A DNA stretch of 46,998 nt, the filler included, from Streblomastix strix (Eukaryota): the NCBI GenBank assembly GCA_008636045.1. It is 2 parts of 2 records of this genome, joined end to end, with 100 filler letters (N's around TTAATTAATTAA, not from the genome) between each part and the next. Parts side by side here need not be neighbours in the genome. Positions count along the whole stretch, not along the records: positions 1 to 23,462 come from SNRW01000283.1; 1 more part is not named here. One strand, written 5' to 3'. The position numbers and the translations under genes are program-made. Positions 1 through 13,500 of the stretch are shown here, in pieces (within the stretch, counting starts at the first letter, position 1; every line of letters starts with the position of its first letter). The notes under the pieces are model-generated. The model did not search any database, was not told the origin of the DNA, and was given only the letters and a program-made list of their open reading frames with translations.

Positions 1-1353
1 TCAGCTGCCTTTAAAGTCTTTTAATTTGTTGTTAGTAATATTTTTCTTAATAATGAATCAATCTATATTATAAATATGTATATGTAATATATATTCACAT
101 ATAACTATAATTAATATGAAATCAAAGTAAAAGCTGCGCTTATCAAAACTTCGAAATATAGGTATTTTTCCTATATTTTTTACAGGAAAATTTCAATGAG
201 TAGTCTTAACTTTTTATATAATTATCAAAATTAAATAAATACAAGTTAAGCAATACTATAGAATATATCGATTGTTCATTATTATATATGATTTTATCAT
301 TGCTTATACCGTTTGATTTTATTATTTTCTATGAACATGATTATTAGGTTGGATAAAATCCTTTGAAACTACTGACTCTAACTTTCTACTGAACATCAGC
401 AAAACAATAAAACTTAGACATTCCGTAAACTGGCATATATAATCCAAATGATACAAGCACAAACTTCTTTTTCAATAATTATTATAAAAGCTAATCATCA
501 ATTGGTTTGTACCTCTATAAATAATAAATAGAATAAATAAATAATATAAATAAAAATAAAAACCCGATTTTTATATGAAGCATACATCAATTCCCAATTA
601 ATCTATAAAATGTGGGAAGCATTAAAAAAGTATAGGCAAATCATTTTTAGAAAATTCATCAGGATGCGAAACTGTAGTTTGAACGTCTTCCTGTATTACA
701 AAATCAACAGTATTCAATTAAGGCGGTTTCCATTTCAATAATAAGTCAAATGATCTTCCTAATGGATTTACTTCATTTACTGGAGTGAATACTAATCCAT
801 CACAATCGTGTCTCAATTGAGTCGTACGTCCATCCTAAATATCTTTAAATTTGATACTTTCATCCCAATGTTTCATTATAAACCTAATTGAGTCTATAGG
901 TCTACTTTATTCATCGATTCATTATGTTATTTTAGATCTATAATTATACATTGCTCTTCTCTAAACTAACTCCATATTGGTGGAAAATTTGAGTAAGTGA
1001 CCCAAACGACTGTCAAATTTCTTTTCTATAAGAATCTATCCATTATCAATCATCATATCAAATGCATAGTATGTTGGAATCAATCCTCATAATCAGATAC
1101 TTATGGATTGTTCTCATCAATTACATTATCATCCAATGGATGCTTACCCAGGATGAGTTCACCATCAATAAGAGAAGGTTGAAGAACTCCTTATTATACT
1201 GAAAAGATTGAAATGATAAATTAAAAAATTGTATTAAATAAATAATACAAACTTATTCTATGACATGTAATGTTTACTTGCATCATCTCTCCTTTTTTGC
1301 CATACTAACATTGTTTTATTATTAAATTAAATTTATATTTTAATTATAAAATA

Positions 1354-1387
<34 letters not shown>

Positions 1388-1693
1388 TACTAAAATAGAG
1401 TTATCTTCATTTCATGGGAAATAAAGTAAGATTCTTATTCCATTTGTCTTTTCTGCAACATAATACTAGTTAAAATTAAGAAAAAAAATATATATTATTC
1501 AGAAAATAATTTTAAATACATTGTGAACGAAAACTTTACACATATTATCTTTCCCAATGCTCATAGGATGGTTACCAGGGAATGATTTATCTTTCTTTTC
1601 TAACAGTTCATTGATTTCTTTTTCAAATCTTTCAGAATTTTCTGAGTCAACCTTAGGTTATTTCTCTACAAGTTGTGAAAGAAGATTAATATC
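1..1693 (-). CDS. mRNA capping enzyme, guanylyltransferase (multi-exon; runs off the left edge; start not resolved)
   Basis: With TAA/TAG=Q and GT-AG introns: FPGNHPMS, motif I YVAEKTNG, motif III LIDGELI, IIIa YYAFDMM, IV HDCDGLVFTP, V LLKWKPPQLNTVDF. There is an in-frame TGA at 1412-1414 and a frame ambiguity near 1085. Confidence 0.88.
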
Positions 1694-2334
1694 TATAATT
1701 TAAAATAATAATAATAAATATGAAAATCGAATTCATATTATGAAAAATGAAATGTGCGAATTTTAATCTAAAAAAATATTTTAGCTGATTTTTCATGTTC
1801 AATGAGATTTATACTTTGTTGTTATAATATAAATATTTTATAAAATATTTTTAAAATGGATTTAAATTTGTTTTAGTGATTTATATATTATAATTAAACA
1901 GAAAATTGAAGTTAAATATTATTGTTTAAAATTTACGTATTGAAGGATTCTGACTATAAAATAATTTAAGAAAAGTTTTATAATTACATTTTTGATGCAA
2001 AATCCGATCGGTGAATTCAAATATGTGGCAATTCGCTATTTTATAGTTTTTTTAAGCGCAAATGTTAGGAATGTAATATATCGATAAAAATATTTTTAAT
2101 TAAATGAAATTTTTTTATTATTATTATTCAATAAACATTTTTACACAATATTTCAAGAGAATTTCAGAAAAATAGAAATAATCAGTTTTCATTTGAATTT
2201 TCCGATAATATCTCATTTTATTATAAATATTTAACATTTTCTTTATTCTGCCCCACATTCAAGTGCTTTCTCATTATTTGAAACAATTTTAAATAATTAT
2301 TTTCTCTTATTTTTTATTAGTTTTAATTCTGAAA

Positions 2335-3943
2335 ATGGCGCTTGAGTTCTGCACAAAGGAATTGTGTCGAATTCTTGGATTTGATGATGTTTCTGATATT
2401 GCAAAGAATTTGATTAGCATTGGAGATTCGCAGCAATTAAAGAAAGAAATTTTTAGTCTGCTTGGTGAATCAACTTAATCAAAATCATTTCTTGATTAAT
2501 TACTATAAAAGCTTGGTTTATCACAATCTTAAAAGAATTCAAAACCAAAATAAGGAAATTAACCAATATAAGGACCAAATATTGATTTATCAAAGCTTTA
2601 ATAAATTCATAAACCTTCGCTTCCTCCCGATCATCAAAGTTAATCATAACCTCCAAAATGGAATTAAAAATAGGATGAAACAAAGAAGCAAATTAAAATT
2701 GGTGGCGGGGTTACAATTCATGGAATAAACTAAGAAATAATTATTCCACGACGAGTAAGATGTGAGTGTCAAGGTTTCTTCTTCTTTATTACTAATTGTT
2801 AATATTTAAACATGATTTTTCAGCCAGGCGCCACCCTCTTATTAACAACTGTTTGAAGTGTGGGAGAATCATTTGCACACAAGAAGGAGCTGGACCATGT
2901 ATGTTTTGTGGTGAGGATGTTAAGCCTTTTAGTGGATATGAAGAATATCAAGCCCAATTTTATTCAATGATTTCTAAGCAAAATATCGAAAATAAGATTT
3001 AAAAAGAGAAAGAAACTAAAGTATTAAAATAATAAAATACAGAAAAAGACAAATTAAAAGACACAAACCCAAACGTTCAATCAAATAGTGAATTAGAGAC
3101 CTGGCTTATCAAAAACAAATAGAAAGGAACAATGGTGATTGGATAAGATCAAGATGGAGATGGTGAGAGAGGTTGGGCTGAGAAAGAAGAAAAAGGAGGT
3201 GTCAAACAAATTAATGAGAAAGACAAGTAATAATCTGAAGAAAATATTAAAAATTAGGGAGTTGATTAAAGAAAAGAATTTTCTTAAGCCATTGATTACA
3301 GGAATCGACTTATTTAATATGATCAGGAACATAATGAACGAGCAAAAATAATTGGTACATTAATTAATTAATTAATTAATATTTCTTAAAATGAATAGTC
3401 AATTGGGAACTTTTTATATTTACATTTACTTTATTTTATTAAAAATAGATGATTAGTCAGATTACTTTGAATTTGAGCATAATATTTGGAATACTAAATC
3501 TGAAAGAACAGTATTTTCAATAATTTTTAGATTATGCCATTTTTTTCGATATATTTATTTTGAAATAGGCTTATAAAGAGCAGCGTTTATAAGAAGAGAA
3601 GATTTTGAAAGAAAAAGAAAGAGAGAAGAAAGAAAGAAGAAGAATTGCATTTGATCCTCAAACAAGAACAGTAAAATTTGTTGAAGAAAATTAATAAAGT
3701 ACCCCAATTAAATTAAATACACCTTTATCATTTTCACCAATGATTACCTAACAAAATACTTCTTCATCAGAAGATGAAATTAATAATGATGGGATTAGAT
3801 TCTCTTCATTATTATCTAATACTTTAGCAGCTTTTGGAAATTCTAATTTATCTTCATACAAAAGTTTTTCTTAGGAAAACGATGATATTTTCCCAGTTGA
3901 AATATATGCTATGCGCCGAGTTAGAGATGACGATGATGATTGA
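2335..3943 (+). CDS. TRIP4: TRIP4/ASC-1 (RQT4-like) C2HC5 zinc-finger protein, 4 exons, no ASCH domain seen
   Basis: ATG at 2335 (MALEFCTKEL). Spliced CECQARRHPLINNCLKCGRIICTQEGAGPCMFCG zinc finger and RNRLIQYD..AKIIDDQSDYF motif. Introns at about 2774-2823, 3354-3448 and 3511-3568. TGA at 3941-3943. Confidence 0.88.
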
Positions 3944-4135
3944 AGCTTAGTCGGAATCTCACTCATTTAAATTCTGAATATTGATAATTTTATTTACAAT
4001 AAAATAGAGGTTACAATAAATAATAGCAGTTTTTAATAGAAGATTTTTTTTAGTTTGTTTTGAAAAAACAACTAGTTCAGTATGTTAGTTAGATATTAAA
4101 TAAATTCTATTTATTAGTGTTCCTGAATCAATAAA

Positions 4136-6351
4136 TCATTTAATACCACGTAATAAGAACCCAAAATCCTGAGCTGAAAGTGCATTTCTAGCTCTTACTC
4201 GCTTCTTCTTCTTTCTCCCCTTCTGTGCACTTCTTTGTGGTCTCCTTCTCTTGTCACCATCCCACATGTCATCATACACGTCCTCAGCATCTCCATCCAT
4301 ATCACCAGGAAGAAGACCATCAATACCATCATCTTCAAACTCACTGCTCTCATCGCTCTCTTCTTCATCTTCATCCAGTTCATCAAAGAAATCAACATCT
4401 TCTCCACGAAGTTATGCTTCTCTCCTTTCTGCTCGTTTCTTCGCTTTCTTTACTCTTTTCCCTTCTTCTTTGCCGTCTCTCAAAACACCTTCAGCTACTT
4501 CCCATTTGTGTTTCTGAATTAATTGTATTCTTTCTTCTACACTTCCTTATACTGTTAATCTTACAACATAAACATTTTCTCTTGTTTGCCCAATTCTATG
4601 GACTCTATCTATTGCTTATTCTTCTACAAAGGGATTCCACCATTTATCAACAAGAATGATATGATTGGCTGCAGATAGATTGAGTCCAACACCTCCTGCT
4701 TTCAAAGAACATAGCAATGCTTTTACACGAACAGGTTACAGTTGATGTTATGACTATTATTATGTAGAAGGTTGAAGATGAAGTGATTTAGCAGGTGAAT
4801 TGATTAATTATTATTTGGATTATTATGAATATTATTTATTGTTTTCTAAGTTTTGATCATACTATTATTTCGTGAAATGTTAACCTTAATTTACTTATGC
4901 TTGTTATTATACTTAAATATTTGTTCCTCTTCCTTCATTAAACAATCTAAGACTCTATTTCTATTATGTAGAAGATTAGGATCCATCAAACCTTGTAAAT
5001 GTTATTCTATAATGCCTAAAACACTCAGCAATTAAATCAAGACACATAACCCACTATGAAAATACAACAATTTTTTCATCAGGAGCCATTTATGTTTTGA
5101 TATACTTTGCTAATTCATGCAGTTTAGTTGAAGTGAGGAAACGGAGATTGGATTTAGAATGAAATGATGAAGTGTGTTTATGTTTGTGTTTGAGCTAATT
5201 GAATTTCACTATTTCTTAATGATTCTTTGGTTTTTCTATTTATTTATCCATTTCAACTTATTTATTATCATCTATTTCTTCAATAGTTACATTAATATTT
5301 TTATTATTTTATTAAATCTATTCTTATTCCTCTTCATCTTCTTCTGTATCATCTTCTTCAACTTGCACACCAAGTAATCTTCTGCCTTTTTATGTCGATG
5401 CAAAGACAAATGCAGCCTACAATAATAAATACAATAATAAATACAATAATAAATACAATAATAAATACAATAATAAATACAATAATAAATACAATAATAA
5501 ATACAATAACAAATACAATAATAAATACAATAATAAATACAATAACAAATACAATAATAAATATAATTGATGTGATTTTAATTTATTTCAATTTACAGAC
5601 CTACAATACTGATAGAGAAACAGCATTGGAAGCTCCAGTTGATATATTCAATGGTGTATTATTCCTTTCGTTTTCTCGGTCTCTCTGTGATTAGCTTCTT
5701 TATCTATTGGATGTTGAAGGAATTAATTCTTCTTTATAATATTATTAACTTTATTAATCTTTTGGCTTTGTTAAATAATAACCACAGACTGGACATCGCA
5801 AACGAGCAAAACGATTACGTATCTGAAAATAATTGTATAAAAAGTATATATTATTATTATTATTATTTATTTTAAATATTAATATAAACACACTTTATTC
5901 AATAGTTTCATTTTCACTCGGTATAACTCATTTCTTATCCTTTCAAATGCTCTTTGTTCTCTATCAACAAGTAAATCATGCTATCTTTTATTCTTTTCTT
6001 TTAAATCTTAATCTAATTAATTCTAAGATTTATTCTATATTTCTTTCTCATTCGATTTGCCTAGTATTTTTTATTTAATATTTCTTTTATTATTAGATGA
6101 TTTTGATTATTTGTTTTACTTTTTTCCTTTATTAGGATCATTTTCTGATAAACTTGATTCGATGTCATTTAATTCATATTCATCTTCATCTCCATTCTCT
6201 TCTGCATTACTTTAATTATCTTCTTCATATTCACTATCTTCTTTTCCTGACAAATCTTTATTTGATTTTTTCTTCTTAAGTGATTTATTTCTTGAACTGC
6301 TTTTATTAACACTAAGTTTCTCAGTCTAATTATCATTATCGTCAACTCCTT
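4136..6351 (-). pseudogene. Duplicated 3' fragment of the SNF2 helicase gene (last RING Cys pair plus helicase C-terminal lobe), no 5' end
   Basis: Same sequence as 7550-9765, truncated at the duplication junction. Confidence 0.85.
5419..5563. repeat. 12-bp minisatellite (ACAATAATAAAT) about x12 in an intron; second copy at 8833-8977
   Basis: Direct reading. It lies inside the minus-strand GT..AG intron 5600-5417. Confidence 0.92.
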
Positions 6352-6364
6352 TTTCTTCTTTCTC

Positions 6365-7357
6365 AGCCCAATTTTATTCAATGATTTCTAAGCAAAATAT
6401 CGAAAATAAGATTTAAAAAGAGAAAGAAACTAAAGTATTAAAATAATAAAATACAGAAAAAGACAAATTAAAAGACACAAACCCAAACGTTCAATCAAAT
6501 AGTGAATTAGAGACCTGGCTTATCAAAAACAAATAGAAAGGAACAATGGTGATTGGATAAGATCAAGATGGAGATGGTGAGAGAGGTTGGGCTGAGAAAG
6601 AAGAAAAAGGAGGTGTCAAACAAATTAATGAGAAAGACAAGTAATAATCTGAAGAAAATATTAAAAATTAGGGAGTTGATTAAAGAAAAGAATTTTCTTA
6701 AGCCATTGATTACAGGAATCGACTTATTTAATATGATCAGGAACATAATGAACGAGCAAAAATAATTGGTACATTAATTAATTAATTAATTAATATTTCT
6801 TAAAATGAATAGTCAATTGGGAACTTTTTATATTTACATTTACTTTATTTTATTAAAAATAGATGATTAGTCAGATTACTTTGAATTTGAGCATAATATT
6901 TGGAATACTAAATCTGAAAGAACAGTATTTTCAATAATTTTTAGATTATGCCATTTTTTTCGATATATTTATTTTGAAATAGGCTTATAAAGAGCAGCGT
7001 TTATAAGAAGAGAAGATTTTGAAAGAAAAAGAAAGAGAGAAGAAAGAAAGAAGAAGAATTGCATTTGATCCTCAAACAAGAACAGTAAAATTTGTTGAAG
7101 AAAATTAATAAAGTACCCCAATTAAATTAAATACACCTTTATCATTTTCACCAATGATTACCTAACAAAATACTTCTTCATCAGAAGATGAAATTAATAA
7201 TGATGGGATTAGATTCTCTTCATTATTATCTAATACTTTAGCAGCTTTTGGAAATTCTAATTTATCTTCATACAAAAGTTTTTCTTAGGAAAACGATGAT
7301 ATTTTCCCAGTTGAAATATATGCTATGCGCCGAGTTAGAGATGACGATGATGATTGA
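6365..7357 (+). pseudogene. 5'-truncated duplicate of TRIP4-like gene (lacks zinc finger)
   Basis: Copy of 2951-3943 that starts at the duplication junction. Confidence 0.85.
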
Positions 7358-7549
7358 AGCTTAGTCGGAATCTCACTCATTTAAATTCTGAATATTGATA
7401 ATTTTATTTACAATAAAATAGAGGTTACAATAAATAATAGCAGTTTTTAATAGAAGATTTTTTTTAGTTTGTTTTGAAAAAACAACTAGTTCAGTATGTT
7501 AGTTAGATATTAAATAAATTCTATTTATTAGTGTTCCTGAATCAATAAA

Positions 7550-10500
7550 TCATTTAATACCACGTAATAAGAACCCAAAATCCTGAGCTGAAAGTGCATT
7601 TCTAGCTCTTACTCGCTTCTTCTTCTTTCTCCCCTTCTGTGCACTTCTTTGTGGTCTCCTTCTCTTGTCACCATCCCACATGTCATCATACACGTCCTCA
7701 GCATCTCCATCCATATCACCAGGAAGAAGACCATCAATACCATCATCTTCAAACTCACTGCTCTCATCGCTCTCTTCTTCATCTTCATCCAGTTCATCAA
7801 AGAAATCAACATCTTCTCCACGAAGTTATGCTTCTCTCCTTTCTGCTCGTTTCTTCGCTTTCTTTACTCTTTTCCCTTCTTCTTTGCCGTCTCTCAAAAC
7901 ACCTTCAGCTACTTCCCATTTGTGTTTCTGAATTAATTGTATTCTTTCTTCTACACTTCCTTATACTGTTAATCTTACAACATAAACATTTTCTCTTGTT
8001 TGCCCAATTCTATGGACTCTATCTATTGCTTATTCTTCTACAAAGGGATTCCACCATTTATCAACAAGAATGATATGATTGGCTGCAGATAGATTGAGTC
8101 CAACACCTCCTGCTTTCAAAGAACATAGCAATGCTTTTACACGAACAGGTTACAGTTGATGTTATGACTATTATTATGTAGAAGGTTGAAGATGAAGTGA
8201 TTTAGCAGGTGAATTGATTAATTATTATTTGGATTATTATGAATATTATTTATTGTTTTCTAAGTTTTGATCATACTATTATTTCGTGAAATGTTAACCT
8301 TAATTTACTTATGCTTGTTATTATACTTAAATATTTGTTCCTCTTCCTTCATTAAACAATCTAAGACTCTATTTCTATTATGTAGAAGATTAGGATCCAT
8401 CAAACCTTGTAAATGTTATTCTATAATGCCTAAAACACTCAGCAATTAAATCAAGACACATAACCCACTATGAAAATACAACAATTTTTTCATCAGGAGC
8501 CATTTATGTTTTGATATACTTTGCTAATTCATGCAGTTTAGTTGAAGTGAGGAAACGGAGATTGGATTTAGAATGAAATGATGAAGTGTGTTTATGTTTG
8601 TGTTTGAGCTAATTGAATTTCACTATTTCTTAATGATTCTTTGGTTTTTCTATTTATTTATCCATTTCAACTTATTTATTATCATCTATTTCTTCAATAG
8701 TTACATTAATATTTTTATTATTTTATTAAATCTATTCTTATTCCTCTTCATCTTCTTCTGTATCATCTTCTTCAACTTGCACACCAAGTAATCTTCTGCC
8801 TTTTTATGTCGATGCAAAGACAAATGCAGCCTACAATAATAAATACAATAATAAATACAATAATAAATACAATAATAAATACAATAATAAATACAATAAT
8901 AAATACAATAATAAATACAATAACAAATACAATAATAAATACAATAATAAATACAATAACAAATACAATAATAAATATAATTGATGTGATTTTAATTTAT
9001 TTCAATTTACAGACCTACAATACTGATAGAGAAACAGCATTGGAAGCTCCAGTTGATATATTCAATGGTGTATTATTCCTTTCGTTTTCTCGGTCTCTCT
9101 GTGATTAGCTTCTTTATCTATTGGATGTTGAAGGAATTAATTCTTCTTTATAATATTATTAACTTTATTAATCTTTTGGCTTTGTTAAATAATAACCACA
9201 GACTGGACATCGCAAACGAGCAAAACGATTACGTATCTGAAAATAATTGTATAAAAAGTATATATTATTATTATTATTATTTATTTTAAATATTAATATA
9301 AACACACTTTATTCAATAGTTTCATTTTCACTCGGTATAACTCATTTCTTATCCTTTCAAATGCTCTTTGTTCTCTATCAACAAGTAAATCATGCTATCT
9401 TTTATTCTTTTCTTTTAAATCTTAATCTAATTAATTCTAAGATTTATTCTATATTTCTTTCTCATTCGATTTGCCTAGTATTTTTTATTTAATATTTCTT
9501 TTATTATTAGATGATCTTGATTATTTGCTTTACTTTTTCCCTTTATTAGGATCATTTTCTGATAAACTTGATTCGATGTCATTTAATTCATATTCATCTT
9601 CATCTCCATTCTCTTCTGCATTACTTTAATTATCTTCTTCATATTCACTATCTTCTTTTCCTAATTAATCTTTATTTGATTTTTTCTTCTTAAGTGATTT
9701 ATTTCTTGAACTGCTTTTATTAACACTAAGTTTCTCAGTCTAATTATCATTATCGTCAACTCCTTCATCTTCATCTTTAATATCTTCATCTTTATCCATC
9801 GCTTTTTAATTCACATTCTCATTTTATCCATCTTTTTCTCTTTCTTTTTCATCCTCTTCATCATTTCTATCTTTCTCTTCTTGTAATATTCTTATTATTA
9901 ACCATTTTCTTATATCCTCAAATTTATTTCCTTTATAATTACAATCATGATATATATAAATAAATAAAATAATGCTTAATATTATTATACTAAATATTAT
10001 TTCTATTCATACCAGCATAATGAGAATAGCTATTAGAATAGGAAGTAATTGCAAAAGCCATTGCTCCTAAAGTTGCTTTATTTTCTCCTCCACTAACCTA
10101 TTTATATGAAATGTAATGAATTATAATAATATATTATAGATATAATAATCAAATAATAATGTTTCAAACCTTTTAAATATTTCTGTATAAATTATTCATA
10201 TCCAACATGTCACTCTTTTCATCATTAAGACCAGCAATTGAGAATTCAATGCTCTTATTATCTTATTGTATTTATTAATTGTTGTTCTATTTATTATCAA
10301 CTTTAGCTACTGTTGCTATTTAAGTACCTTATTATGCTTAAGCTCTGCTTTTTGCATTTCCAATTCGCATCCAAGAACCCCAGCCAGCTAAAAATAGTAT
10401 AAATAATTTATGAGAAAATAATATAAAAATATAAATAAAAAATTTTTCTTTCATATTTTGATTAATTCTAAATATTATTCTAACCACCAGGTTAAAAGTG

Positions 10501-13500
10501 TTTTTTAGCTCCTTCCCATCCAATTTCTTCTTTAAATTATAAAAGTGTATATCTATTTTATTATTATGAAAATTAGAAAATATAAATATAAATATCCAAA
10601 TAATAATTAATGTGATGAAATATTAAATAATTTTTTTTCATTTTTTAAATTCATTATTATTATTTTCAAACCTGTTATCAGAATGCATCATTCTTTTAAC
10701 ATCAGAAATCATTTCTCTTAAATTTGATTCAGCTGAATCTGCATAAGCATGAAGACATCCACTAATAATAATAAGATGAATAAGGAAATGAATTATATAT
10801 TAAAAAATAACATTTTTTTGAATAGAATAAATAATTTATATAAATAAACATATAAATTCAAATATTATTCATACCGGCAGAATACATGCGTGCATGGAAG
10901 AACAACTGCATCATCACTTCCACTAAGTAAAATAAAAAAAATAAATAAATAAAAAAAAAAAATAATTTCAATATTCTGGTATTTTTTTTATAAATCATAT
11001 ATTATATACCCTCCAAATGCAACAGCCTATGTATTACTCTATATTTATTTAGTGCATATCGCACAATGTCTCGTAAATAAGAAGAATAATGATTGTGGAA
11101 TACCCATTTGTTATAATGAGAATGTAGGAGGTGGTTTTGGAATTTATTATTATTTTTTATCTTTATCTTTCGATTTGTGTTTTGATTTCTTCTAAAATTC
11201 ATTATCATTAGTATTAGTTTCAAAAGTAGGAAATGATTCTACTTCGTCTTTTTAAATTGTTATTATTCCATCTCCATCTTCATTCTTTATCATCTATTCA
11301 TCATCATCATCTTCATCATCAGTTTAACTCACAGTTTATTCTTCATCGTCATTCAATTATTCTTATTCAATCTAATTCTCTTTTATTTTTTATTTCCCTT
11401 TTTCTTTTCCTTTCTTTTTCTGTTTCTTTTATTTCTCTTTTTCTTTCTTTTCTTTCTCCTTTCTTTCTTCTTCTTTCTTCTTCTCTTATTCTTTATTAAT
11501 AATTGATGTAAGATCAAGTTCAATTGGTCCAAGATAGTTGTCGTATTGTTGCTTCTATTGTGATGATGGAGATGATAGTGTTGGCATAAGACCTTAAAAT
11601 TAGAATAAATATGATAGATAAAAAAATTAATAAAAATTTCTATTATTTTTAATGAAATTCTGCAAACCTATAAGTCTTTAACTTTTATTTAATTATCTTT
11701 CATGTGAATAAACTCTTAAATTTGGAATTTATGATTATGTTTTTTGGATAATTTTTTATTATTATACATCTTTAACCATAGATTCTTTTTTCTTTTCTTA
11801 TTTTTATTCATTTTCATCTTCATTTTCATTTTGTGAATTTTCTTCCTCATTTTCATCATTTTCTCTTTTATTTAATAATTCTTTCTTTCTTTGTTCTTGG
11901 CTTTGAGTAATCTATTCAATCTTATCCAATATTTTATGTCTTCCTTCTTTTTTTCCTCCAAATGATGCTATTCCATCATAAGACACTTTCGTATTTCTTC
12001 GTTTCTTGGAGCTAATTTGATTTTATTGTTGTTATTAGTTTTATTAGTTCTATCGAGATTGATTAGATTAAGAATTTAAAGGTTGTTTTTATGAATTTAA
12101 ATTGATAGGCCATGTTACTGATTATTAAGGAAATGGAGATTATAAGTCTGATGGAAACGAAGAAGGAAATGAAGAAGGAAATGATTATGGAAATGAAGAA
12201 GGAAATGATGTGGTATTATTAAGGGAACTATATTAATTTGATTATATTTATGATTATTAGTACAATTTAATCTTTTTCTTATTCTTTTCTCCTGCAATCA
12301 CAATTTTATTCTAATTTTATTGATTAAAACTATTAATGTTTATATCATCCTCCTCCAAATTATCATTATCTTGATTTAGCCAATCATCTAAATCGTCGTC
12401 TTCTTCATCTTCTTCCTACACTTTATATTCTCCATCATTTTTATTATATTATTCATCGCCTTCTTTATGTATATCCATTTATTATTCTTTACCTTTTTAT
12501 GATCTCAATAATCTTTCTTTCTTCAATTCTGGCTTATTAATTTATTCTTTAGTCTCTTAATATTTATTATTTATTTATTCTTCGTCATCTTCATCATCAT
12601 CTTCTATAATCCTTCTTCTCTTTAATCTGGAAATTAAGTATATTTTATTAAGTTTTTCATTTTCGTTATTCAAATTGTTATTGTCTATTGAAGATAAATA
12701 AATGTTTTATTTATCTATTATCTATTAATTTATTTCATCTTTATTATCATCTTCATCTTAATCTTCATTTCTCTTTCTCTTTAACTTTTACAAAATTGAA
12801 CTATCTTAATCATTTGCACTCTTTCTTCTTTTTGATCCTTTTTCATCATCTCTTTCACTTGTTTTTCCTCTTTTATTATATATTCCTTCATCTTCATCTT
12901 CATTGTTATCTTATTCTGGTATAGAATCTTTAATATTATCATCATTTGGTTTGTTTGCTTCTTTTTCATCATTATCATTTTACTACTATTACTATTATAA
13001 ATTTGGTTATTATTAACTATGAGTTATTGATTTATGAATTGTTAATTTAATTTTACTTTTCTATGGAGAAATTAAATTAATTTTATTTTAATTGGCATCT
13101 TATTATACACTCACAGTTTATTCAATTTATGTGTTGATATTTGATTATATTTGAGCTTGAGTCTATGGTTATGAAAATATCAATGAAGAAGAAGGAAGAT
13201 AAGTTGAAAATGACGAAGTTGATTGTGATTCCTAAAAAGAATTTTGTGAATCAGTAGTTTATGATTAAGATGAAATATTGGTTGTTTATTACATATGAGG
13301 TAAAAGAGTAGAATTATCTTATTTAATTATTGGGAAAGCTAATTTCTATGGACCTACGTTGTTCATACTATTAAGTGCTAAGGGGGATGGAAAATTAAAT
13401 TATTATTTTAGTTATTTTTATTATTGAAATTAAGGAAATGAAATTGATGCAGTTGGAATTGAAGATAATGATTATTAATTTTATTATTACTATTATTATA

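Larger units (their letters stand above)
2951..9765. repeat. Tandem duplication, period 3414 bp (2951-6351 and 6365-9765)
   Basis: Identical ORF sets offset by exactly 3414 (e.g. 3093/6507, 5392/8806). A few substitutions near 6100-6255 versus 9515-9670. Confidence 0.97.

Noticed and set aside
1..1693. Capping enzyme as part of the viral element
   Set aside because: It has spliceosomal introns, lies among host genes and is on the other side of the artificial gap.
5392..5694. ORF with (IINT)n repeats, or a CRISPR-like array
   Set aside because: It is the antisense reading of an intronic 12-bp minisatellite with no unique spacers.
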